Position numbers and translations under genes: made by a program. DNA of 39,086 nt. Origin: Chiloscyllium plagiosum. Lineage: Eukaryota. The notes beneath the pieces are model-generated. The model was not told the origin of the DNA. It was given only the letters and a program-made list of their open reading frames with translations, and made no database searches. The stretch lies in the NCBI RefSeq assembly GCF_004010195.1, contig NW_025215335.1:62001-101086 (forward strand). Reading direction: 5' to 3'. Below are positions 23,874 through 33,974 of the stretch, in pieces. How positions within the stretch are numbered: position 1 is the first letter of the stretch; each line of letters opens with the position of its first letter.

Positions 23874-23897
23874 CAGGAGCAACCATCAGGGTGAAAG
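23874..23897 (+). CDS. SYNJ1: Synaptojanin-1 stop-codon microexon (145-kDa isoform C-terminus QEQPSG*)
   Basis: Long CT-rich tract, acaag|CAG GAG CAA CCA TCA GGG TGA AAG|gtattg. The peptide matches the recalled C-terminus of mammalian SJ145. The start could be 23877 (tandem acceptor). Confidence 0.9.
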
Positions 23898-24418
23898 GTA
23901 TTGAATTAATTTACAATTTTCTATGTAATTCCAATAACTCATTTTATTTCACTACGTTGATGTATACACTTAAAATCTTGTACATCAGTGATTTTGACAG
24001 TCTTGTAAAATGCACTTTTCCTCATTTTGCAAAGTAATTACCATGTCTTTTATTTTACTCATTATATTGCATCTAAATATAAAAATCATTTTTTTGAGTT
24101 TACAGTTGGCTATGGAAATAATTTGAAAGACATTTTTCCAGGAGCAAGAAAAGTGGTGTATTGCTACTCATGTTTGAGATTTGTTAACATTGAAGCTTAG
24201 TTGAAAATTTTCAATGATTAACAATTCCCACATAGCTTTTTAGATGTGTTAACAATAAATCAATTATTCTTTTTCCTTAAATGATATCAGATCATGCCCC
24301 TGAACTCCTAAGTTTTTCTATGTCTGCAACTTCAAGTATTTAAGCTGCATTGCTTGCCAAATAATATCCAGTTCAAAAATAATCTTAAGATTGTAGTACA
24401 ATTTAATTCATTCATTAT

Positions 24419-24565
24419 GGGCGGCATGGTGGCACAGTGGTTAGCACTGCTGCCTCACAGCGCCAGAGACCCGGGTTCTTCGGCGGGTCGGTGTGGACTT
24501 GTTGGGCCGAAGGGCCTGTTTCCACACTGTAATCTAATCTAATCTAATGTAATCTAATCTAATCT
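24419..24565 (+). mobile_element. Internally deleted HE1-like SINE with (AATCT)n tail
   Basis: tRNA head joined directly to the LINE-derived tail compared with the 1451 copy; CpGs retained; ~7 AATCT units. Confidence 0.88.
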
Positions 24566-27177
24566 TTGGATCCATCCTGAAAAATAGTATCCTTGTATGT
24601 GTGCTATGCTAACCAGCGTATAGTGTTCTGGCCCTCTAAATAACAATGTTCTAAATTGTCTATGTCTGTGGCCCCACTTGATTGCTTCCCAACTGTATCA
24701 GTTTTGTCTAGAAATCATTTTTACTAATAACTTGATAAGTATAGAGTTGGGATACTAATTCAGTAATTTTATTCAATACTAATCAAGAAGGACAAATCTG
24801 ATATCTTAAGCAGTACTTTTTACCCAAAATCAATATAACTGAGTATCTTCTATACAACACCTTTTCAATCACTACTGGAACAGTCACTGTTACATTCCAT
24901 ATTTTTCTTTCCTGTATAATTGTATGCTTTACTCAGAATCTTAATGTTTAGGCAAAATCTTTGTGCTCTAAACATTTTCCTTTTTTCCCTCCCACTTCTT
25001 GGTTAAAGGTTTTGGTCTTCTCTTAAGCTGACAGGATGTAAGTTTTTGCTGTGTATGTGAAAGATTTCCAGATTGAAAATACATGATTCAGTTTATTCTG
25101 CAGTATATTACTGCATATTATGGTGGTTAATTTCAGAATTGTTAGTTGGTATCATCTAGAGAGAGGGAAAGAGAATGGTAAACTGAAGAGAAAAGGTAGC
25201 ATGATCAAATGAGACTGAAGTTGACCAATAATATACTGGAACATAGTATAAATCACCATAGGGATGAGCCAAACAAATTGTAGACTTCCACTTCTTTATC
25301 TAATTTGATGACAGCTTTGATTTATATGATGCCTTTACATAGTAAAATATCCCGATATTTTTCACAGGGATGTTTTCAAACAATATTTGAGCTGATCCAC
25401 ATGAGACATCAGGGCAGATGGTCAAAGTTTTGGTTAAAGTAATAGATTCTAAGAAGCATCTTAAACAAAACAGTAGACAGTTAAAAAAAAAAGGAATTTA
25501 AATGCTTAAGATCTTGTCAGCTGAATTCATAGCTGACAATGGTGGTTCAATTGAGGTGGATGTGAAGAAGTTCAGATTTGGAGAGGCATGGAAATCTTGA
25601 AGGGTTGTAGGGCTGGAGGATGCTACAGTTATAGGGGAGGATAATGTAATGAGGGGGATCTGGGAATAAGGATGAGATTTTGTAAATTTGTGGCTTTGAC
25701 AAGCTAGGTCAAAGTAAGTAGTAAATCTTTAGTGAATGGGACTAGATGAAAGTTAAATACAGGTAGTAGATGAGCTTTATTTAACAAAGTGCAAAATGAG
25801 AGGCTGCCCAGGAGAGAATTTAAATAGTCCAGAGGTTAAAAACAAAAGATAGTGACAATTGTTGCAGCAGCAGATGTGGTGACACAGGCTAACTGTGTAA
25901 AAGTCGGTTGTCTTGGTGGTAAACAAAATATTTTGGATGGTGTCAGAAGCTCAGCTCATGATTGAATGGGCCTTAAAATAGAAATTTGTATGATTTAGCC
26001 TTGGCCAGTAGATGAATTTTGGGGTTTGTGGCATGGTCTGAACACATTACTTTGGTCTTCTGAATGTTCAGTTAGAAGGCATTCTTGCTCATTAGTGCTG
26101 GATGTCAGTAAAGCAACTTGACAAATCTGAAGACAGTAGGAAGAGTAGATAGAGATGAAGAAATAGATGTGTGAGATGGCAGCTTACATTCAGAACTTTT
26201 GTATTTTTAGCAGACGTTCCCAAGGGTCACTGTGTATCTGAGAAATAAGGGGAACCAAGCTTAAGTCCTTGGGGGAAATCTAGATGTAATGATGCAAGAG
26301 TAAAAAGGGAATCAATTGCAGGCAGATATCTGACTGTGATTACATATGTGGGAAGGAATCCAGTTCAGACAATCCCACCCATTGGAACCTTGATAACCCA
26401 GCAGACAGGTTGTGATATAGGTGAACAGTTTACTACAGCCATGTAAGATGTCATTTTACCATTTGATGTCAGCACAGGAACAGAAACCTGTTCAGATGGT
26501 TGCAAATTTGGAGTTTCAGGAAAAATGGGTACAAGTTTGAAAGTTTAACTGAACTTGAGAGTGAAAAGGCTTGAGGATATGGCCATAGTTTCCATGGAAG
26601 GTGGTTCAAGGATTGGAGTGTGGTGATGAAGGTTCTATTGTTTGAAAAAGAACAACGAACAGTTAACATTTTTAGATATTGTAAGATTCTGTGTGGGAAG
26701 TCAGGTGGTCAGTAGTTTGTGCAAATAGGGTCAAAGGAATAGGAAGCAGATCATCATAGATGAGATGAGCTCAAAGAGAGCAGGAGGAGTTGGAGGAAAG
26801 ATACTTAAGCAAAGGGGAAGTTTTTAATGGAGAAATTTGGCTGGAGACTAGGTCGATGTTGGTTAAGGAAAGGTAATGAAGTGGCATGGGTTTTTACATG
26901 AATTGTCTTAAATTTGGTAATAAAGAAGTCAATTAAACTTTGAACTTCCTTGAGTGAGCATGGAGGGGGCCTAGGAACATTTAAGATGACATCTTTGCAA
27001 TAGAGATGACAGGTGGATCATGGAATGTGAGAAGTTTTTGTAGGGTGCACAGGATTCAACAGTGCTTTATGTGCTGCATAAACATTTATGGCACAATCCC
27101 GTTTAGGCATTCAAGGCTTACCTCTTGGATTTGAGAGAGTGGAATTGGAAACTGTACTGAGGGAGAAAGCAGTTTGA

Positions 27178-27382
27178 ACTTTTTTGCTGGAACAGCACAG
27201 CAGGTCAGGCAGCATCTAGGGAACAGAAGATTCGACGTTTCGGGCACATGCCCATTCCTGAAGAAGGGCATGTGCCCGAAACGTCGAATCTTCTGTTCCC
27301 TAGATGCTGCCTGACCTGCTGTGCTGTTCCAGCAATAAAGTTTCAACTTTGATCTCCAGCGTCTGCAGACCTCACTTTCTCC
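27178..27382 (+). mobile_element. Penelope-type fold-back element (family A variant), young
   Basis: 14-bp TSD agaaagcagtttga (27164-27177, 27383-27396); ~70-bp essentially perfect inverted arms. Confidence 0.9.
27254..27289 (+). ncRNA. Candidate minimal type I hammerhead ribozyme
   Basis: ATTC-CTGAAGA-A-GGGC(atgt)GCCC-GAAA-CG-TC-GAAT: stem I ATTC/GAAT, stem II 4 bp, palindromic ACGT at stem III, GUC cleavage triplet. Confidence 0.6.
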
Positions 27383-27861
27383 AGAAAGCAGTTTGAGAAA
27401 TTCTGTATTTTTAATGGGCACAAAGGAGCTGGTTATGATTCAAAATGTTGCAGTGAATGGAAAACAAAAGTTTATTGCACAAAATCTATTTCCTTCTGTG
27501 TCTGAACATGAAAGGAACTCTTAACCCCACCAATCTGGAGAAGTAAGAAATTAAAAATTGCTTTTGTAGAAGGATCACTTGAAAAGGCAATGGTTGAGTG
27601 GGTGGCTGTGAATGTAGGTAGGTGAGTTTTTGAGGGTGTAGCAATTAAGGTCTGATATGAAGGTAGAAGAGAGATGCCATAAATTAAAATGACACCAAGA
27701 AGGAAAACTGGAAAGCAGTGAAGATAGCTCAGAGAAACTTACTGTAATGCTTTGACTAGGTGGAGAGATATGAGGCATTTAAAAGGAGGAACAAGAAGGG
27801 TGAAACAGTTCCAAAGTTATTTTTATCTTGGGTAATATGATATTTTTGTTTCTCTTTGCAG

Positions 27862-28731
27862 CTAAAAGCCAGTATTAATGGAGTTAAAAATGGAGGACCA
27901 TCTAACATTGACCCTTTTGCTGATCTTTCACTTGACCGGTTTGTTGATCCTTGGACAAAGACTCCGTTATCAAGTGGAAACACTAGGTTGCAACCAGCAT
28001 ATGCTTGTGTATCTCCTACTTTGCACCAGCAACAATCCATTCAACCCATTGTGTCATCACAAGCTAATTGCAGGCCATTTGTACCTCCCATCCCTCCCAG
28101 AAGCAAATCACAGGAGAGCTTTCAAGTCTCTCCCAGTCCTTTGAATTTTCTGGCCGATGGCAATACTTCCAACATAAACCCTTTCACTCGAAAAACTGCT
28201 TATAATCCATTTAGGACTGATGCTCAAAACTCTATACAAAGACCTGCTGCTGCATCACAAACATCTGTGCAAACAAGTAGTAGTTACCCTGTCTTTTCCA
28301 CCGCTAATGCAGGGATTGGCGAAGCTGCCTTTTCGTCAAATCCATTTACTGCCAACAATATCTGTCAGAGTAAACCTGCTACAAGTAGCAAAATGCAAAC
28401 TAGTGGATGGGTGACCTTTGAAGATGATGATTTTTCTCAAAAAGATAGAACTCTGCCAACTGTTGCAAACGAAATTGACCGCCAGGATCCTTGGAATGAC
28501 AGTGTTCGCAACTTGTCATTGCAGAATACACAAAAATTATTTCCAAATTCAGATTTTGGGTTTGGCAATGTCTGGAATACAAGTAACAAAGCAACTGGTG
28601 CATCAGTACCTGTACCATCTCGAAGAGCACCACCACCTATACCTTTGAGATCAAATGTCATCATCCCAATCTTGCCACTCAATTCAGAGACACCTGACTC
28701 TGTAACAAAGCAGGACTTTACTGAAAGATGA
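27862..28731 (+). CDS. SYNJ1: Synaptojanin-1 terminal exon coding part (170-kDa isoform tail, 289 aa)
   Basis: ctttgcag| acceptor; open frame LKASING...IDPF...NPF x3...GWVTFEDDDF...DFTER*, same landmarks and C-terminus as human SJ170. Confidence 0.96.
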   Translation, partial: LKASINGVKNGGPSNIDPFADLSLDRFVDPWTKTPLSSGNTRLQPAYACVSPTLHQQQSIQPIVSSQANCRPFVPPIPPRSKSQESFQVSPSPLNFLADGNTSNINPFTRKTAYNPFRTDAQNSIQRPAAASQTSVQTSSSYPVFSTANAGIGEAAFSSNPFTANNICQSKPATSSKMQTSGWVTFEDDDFSQKDRTLPTVANEIDRQDPWNDSVRNLSLQNTQKLFPNSDFGFGNVWNTSNKATGASVPVPSRRAPPPIPLRSNVIIPILPLNSETPDSVTKQDFTER

Positions 28732-31625
28732 GATGTGGTCCAACAAGGTCGGAAGGCTAACTTTTAAAAAAAAAATTACTTGTAATTTGACTGCTTTATC
28801 GGGGCTTTACATGTGCAATATGTTGTGTATAAAATGCCAAATGTTTGGCATCTGTGATACAAGAAGTTCAACATTGGTGTTAAAAAAATGGTAATAATTT
28901 TGTATGATCAGCAAATTATTTGCTGTATTTTAAGGGTGTAGATTTAAAATCCACCATTTCCTGAATGTGATATCAACCAATTAATGGTCTTTTGGGAATT
29001 GATCTGGTGTAAAACGCAGTTAAAATGTCATGCAAGGAAGAACAGTAATGATATGAAATTATGCTGGTTAATGCAGCACTGTTGTTCTCTGAACTGTCCA
29101 AGAAATTTAAATTCAATCTGACTTGCTATCAGTTACAATTTAACTAACCAGTGTTAAATGTGGTGATTAGGCTAGTTATTTTAAGAATGTTTGCATAATT
29201 TTTATCTTTTATGCCAAGTTAGTTCAGATTATCCAATTTTGTATTACAACAAAACTTCCAGAATACTTTAATTTATTCACTTAAAATCAAAGATTTATGT
29301 TGGGCTTGTGGTAAAACTTTACAATGGATGTAGCCATCCAACATGTGCAGTACTTTTTTATTTTTTTCTTATTCCCATTCATGCTACTGTTTACTATGAC
29401 ACACTATGCTCCTTATCAAAGTTGGGGGCTGGCTTTATATTGACACTTGTTACCAGTACTGTTCACTAAGAGTAAAGCTGTTTAACTTGTTTACACAGTT
29501 GTTTGACTCAATCACTAAGTTGTAGCCATTGACTGTTCTAATGATATCAAAGTTTCAAATTGATGTTGTGGACAAACATCAGACTATTGAATGAATTGAG
29601 TTGTATTTGCTGTCAAGCCCAACGTGTCTCGTAACCACTATGGGATACATCTCCATTTAGGTAATGCACTGTCTTTTGAGCAATGTGGTCTGAGTTCTAT
29701 TAATGGGATGGAAATGCATTCATCCTCACTTTAGGGGATCTTGGGTAAATTTGGGTAATGTCTATCTACTTCCAAGAAGGCATAGTACAACATAATAATA
29801 GACATTATATTTGCACCTTTGCTGGAGAATGGCTGTTAGAGGAAGTGTTCAAATAACTGTTTGTTTTTACAAGTTGGGTTAAAGCATGTGGTATTTTTGG
29901 GTAGAAAATGGAGGAATTTCATAAACTGTTTAGGAGGGTGGCTGGACTTGATCTTGACATCTCATCCCTGGAATGACCTTTGTCTTTATGAGCACAAAAT
30001 CATTTAGTGAATTCTAGTCATACCAAGAATTTAACAGTATTCATCAGCAGGTTTATCTGGTTAATATAATACTAACTGCTAATCACTCAGTTGCTATGAT
30101 TAAAATATGCATCATATTAGTCATTCCTTAATGGTCTACTTGCATTAACTTGGTACATCTCCCAGAATCAAACTACTTCAGCTGCCTAACGTTAATTACA
30201 TCTCTTTCTAAAAGCTTTGATTTTAAAAAAATTAAAGCTAACATGCAATTAATCAACTTTGTTTTTTAACCTGGTCTAGAAGGAGCAGACTACCATATAA
30301 TATTCTCCCTGTGTCACTAGTTATCTTAAGTCAAACCATGTTCCATTCCTAGCACCAGCATCCTCTTTGAAAAGCACACATAGTTTTCCCCTCTTTTCCC
30401 CTTCTTCAGACCCCACCCACCCACCAAATCTACCCTTAACTCAAGGTTATTTATCTGTAATGTATTTCCATTTATAGAATGCATTCATACCTGATCATAT
30501 GACTAGCTAAATCAGATATTGATTTATAGAAAAATTTATTCTGTAAAATATGTATGCAATTATATAAACCAAGGTTATGACAGCAGATTAGCAACAAGGC
30601 TATTGAATAATAGACCAGAATTTCTTTTCAGGAGAAACAGTAAATATTCCAAATTCCTCTTCAAATTTGACGTAAGCATGGACTCTGACATTGTTTAAAA
30701 GCTCACTACGTTCTCCATTTGTTTGACATAAATGCTAATTTGTAAGGCTATTGCTGCAATTGTGTTAGTGCTTTAAACTGTCTGTCACTGTGCATGATTT
30801 TGTTCAGATGCAGTATTTTAAAAATCTTAAACTGTCATTAAGCGTTTTGATTTTAAAATATTGATCTGAAAACAGGGAGGTGATTCTTTTTGGTCTGTTT
30901 CAAAACTGTCCTCCATTATTGTCTTTTATTGAGCTAGCTGAACTGCATTAATACATGAAAGTTGATAGGTTCTTTCATTGATCAGAAAGCGAATAATGTG
31001 AAATAATGCTGAAACAGTGAAACAAAATCTTGCAGCCTTGTCATAGTTAGTGTATTGGCTAAATTCTCACTACTGACATCTTCGAGGCATTATTATAATG
31101 CGCTTGCTGCTGCTCTTTTTGCCTGTGGTGCAGTGGGAGATCACTCTTTAAATATTCCTTTCATGCCACATCAACTAATATACTTCTACATGTAAATGGT
31201 GTTCAAACGTATAATTTTTCATTTTGGTATCCAGTTTTAAGATGTTCAGTGTGAAAACATGATGTCACTGTGCAAATTTCCAGTTTGTAACTGTTGAGCT
31301 TACTGCTGACATCTGTGGCTTATGAAGGACTGCAGCAAATATGTAATTTTGCAACACCTCAAATTGTATACAAGACCTAACTGCAATATGTCAATGTGGT
31401 AATCTGGCTGTTTATGGTTTTTATAGGTCCTCTGATCTTTAAAATGTTTATTAATGTGTATCTATAATCCTACAGGTTGTTTGTTATATTCAGTGAACAA
31501 CATGTCTTAATCTTTTCCCGAAGACTGCTGTATCGAGACTAATGTGTGCATAACAAATTGTACATATCCTGTGATGTCCAAGTAGTATCTTAATTCAATA
31601 AACATAGCCGTGTCCTATTTTTTTG
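28732..31625 (+). other. SYNJ1: Probable SYNJ1 3'UTR (~2.9 kb)
   Basis: AT-rich with no recognisable transposon, unlike the flanking DNA; runs to the first canonical AATAAA I find after the stop. End is approximate. Confidence 0.7.
31597..31602 (+). terminator. Polyadenylation signal AATAAA
   Basis: Canonical hexamer with upstream TGTA elements (e.g. 31559) and a downstream GT/T-rich stretch (gtgtcctatttttttg). Confidence 0.7.
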
Positions 31626-32619
31626 CAGCTTGGTATTATTATGTTAAGGACAGAGATGTATCTAAGCTTAATTTTTCTGTAGATGAGTGAGCTCAAAGAA
31701 TAGACTCAGATGACAGGCCTGGAGTTGTTACATGCTGTTGATTAGATACACAGATTCTCTGGAGTAAGGATTCTCAGTTTCACTGAGCTGGACTTGAATG
31801 TGAGATTAGAGAATAGGATGGGAGAGCTGTAGCAGCAGGCAAATATGTGAATGGTTCACAGGGCCTCCCATGTTCTCCTCCTTTCTTCCTACCCTGCAAC
31901 CACCATCAAAATCAGAACTATATGAATCATGGGCCACAGTTGTAGCTACAGGCTATCCTGTAGAAATATTTCATTTCCAAGTCGTTGACCAAGCAATGGA
32001 CAGTTTCTTTAAACAAAATTGAGACTACCTCTAGTTGGAACTTTCACAGTCCTCTTCAAAGGAGGCAGTGCTCACGTCGGTCAATGGGGCTACCATCCAC
32101 CCAAGGCTATCGGTTACCCTCAGCCAACAGCCTGTCATTCCTATTTGGATGGTGAACTTGGGGTGAATTAGGAGGCTGCACTCTGGAAGATTCAGCCAGT
32201 GAGTGTGTTGCCAGCAAGTGTGAGGTTAGGATCTAATCCTAAGTAGACTAATTCCAACCCACTTTGGTGCACTGCTCCTTTTTATAACCATTTCTGGACA
32301 AAAAGACACAGCAACAATCTATCTATTTGTAACATTTCTTTTAAGAAATCCAATTCGAGGCATCTAGGGTTGAGCAGTAAACTGTTCAGAGACTACAAAC
32401 ATGTTTGTTTTGAAAAGTTTGAGATGGCTAATATTATATCATAATCAAGGTATCTGTCTGGGACTTCTGACAAAAAGATGTACCCATCACAACATGGACT
32501 TGCACATTAGACTGGAATATGAATATGTAATAACCAATCAGTCCTACAGCAGTTTCCCTTTCTCATTACGTGGTTTGTTAAAACTTAGTGTTGGATGTGA
32601 AAACCGAAAGCACTGTGGA

Positions 32620-32730
32620 TGTTGAAAATCAGAAACAAAAACAAGTTGCTGGAAAAGCTCAGCAGGCATGGCAGCACCTGTGTACAGAAAGCAGAGTTAA
32701 TGTTCTGGGTACAGTGACACTTCTCAGAAC
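32620..32730 (-). mobile_element. Single-arm old copy related to the 14203 element
   Basis: agaaacaaaa...gttgctggaaaagctcagcagg...ggcagcacctgtg matches the left arm at 14206-14260. Confidence 0.6.
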
Positions 32731-33077
32731 ATTGGATGTGAAACTTGGTGAACAAAAGCTTGAATTTGGTATCTGGGGTTTTGAACCATATTGTTTAGAT
32801 ATATGCAACAGCTTAACATGCATTATAACAGTTATCAAAGAAAGTTAAGGTAAAATATATTTCATCATGCCACAGCACTTTCAAAGGATTGTAGTCAAGC
32901 AAACATTAGCACCCATGAGGATATCCAGGTGCTCATATGAAACAATTGGGATGAATGCCTTGTATTTTCCAAATGTACATTGCAATTCCCAGTTTGATTC
33001 TTGAATAAATACAATACTGTACTAGATGACACCCACCATCTCCAGCAGCTAACCAGATGATCAAGTTTATCAAGAGT

Positions 33078-33774
33078 TTAGGGTGTAGATTTGCTCGCTG
33101 AACTGTAGGTTTGATATCCAGACGTTTCATTACCTGGCTAGGTAACATCATCAGTGGCGACCTACAAGTGAAGCGAAGCTGTTGTCACCTGCTTTCTATT
33201 TATATGTTTGTCCTGGATGGGGTTCTGGGGTTTGTGGTGACGTCATTTCCTGTTCATTTTCAGAGGGGTTGATAGATGGTATCCAGATCTATGTGTTTGT
33301 TTATGGCGTTGTGGTTGGAGTGCCAGGCCTCTAGGAATTATCTGGCATGTCTTTGCTTAGCCTGTCCCAGGATGGATGTGTTGTCCAAGTCGAAATGGTG
33401 TTTTTTTTTTCCTCCGTGTGTAGAATCACCATTTCGACTGGGACAACACATCCATCCTGGGACTGGCTAAGCAAAGACACGCCAGATAATTCCTAGAGGC
33501 CTGGCACTCCAACCACAATACCATAAACAAACACATAGATCTGGATACCGTCTATCAACTCCTCTGAAAACGAACAGGAAATGACATCACCACAAACCCC
33601 AGAACCCCATCCAGGACAAAGCTATAAATAGAAAGCAGGTGACAACAGCTTCGCTTCACTTGGAGGTTACCACTGATGATACCTAGCCAGGTAATGAAAC
33701 ATCTGGATATCAAACCTACAGCTCAGCGAGCAAATCTACACCCTAAACTTCAACCTGAGCTACAAACCTTGCAA
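33078..33774. mobile_element. Penelope-like element 3' ends in inverted arrangement (family C)
   Basis: ~325-bp inverted arms (33075-33400, 33427-33749); arms translate to HHFDWDNTSILG...R*FLEAWHSNHNTINKHIDLD, typical of the PLE GIY-YIG C-terminus; 12-bp TSD tttatcaagagt (33066-33077, 33775-33786). Confidence 0.9.
33118..33157 (-). ncRNA. Candidate minimal type I hammerhead ribozyme
   Basis: Minus strand CCA-CTGATGA-T-GTTACCT(agcc)AGGTAAT-GAAA-CG-TC-TGG: stem I CCA/TGG, 7-bp stem II including one G-U, GUC triplet. Confidence 0.65.
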
Positions 33775-33974
33775 TTTATCAAGAGTCCATTCACTCCTCA
33801 TTGAAGCTGATAATATGCTTTATGCAAAACGGTTCCTTAATTCTTGGATGGTCTTTCAAATCAATGAATATAGAGATATTAATAGGATTGGTGGCAATGG
33901 ACAAGCTGGTCTTACTCTTTCGTGGGAGACAGATTTAGCAGATTTTATATCTATTTCGAGAACCAAGAGTGCGA

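Larger units (their letters stand above)
25270..27780 (-). mobile_element. Long, heavily decayed L2/CR1-like LINE relic
   Basis: Purine-rich on +, motifs shared with 6020-6420, 13490-13810 and 19480-19880; no intact ORF; boundaries approximate. Confidence 0.5.

Noticed and set aside
24531..24565. CRISPR-like or functional tandem repeat
   Set aside because: It is a simple (AATCT)n SINE tail with no spacers, in a vertebrate locus.
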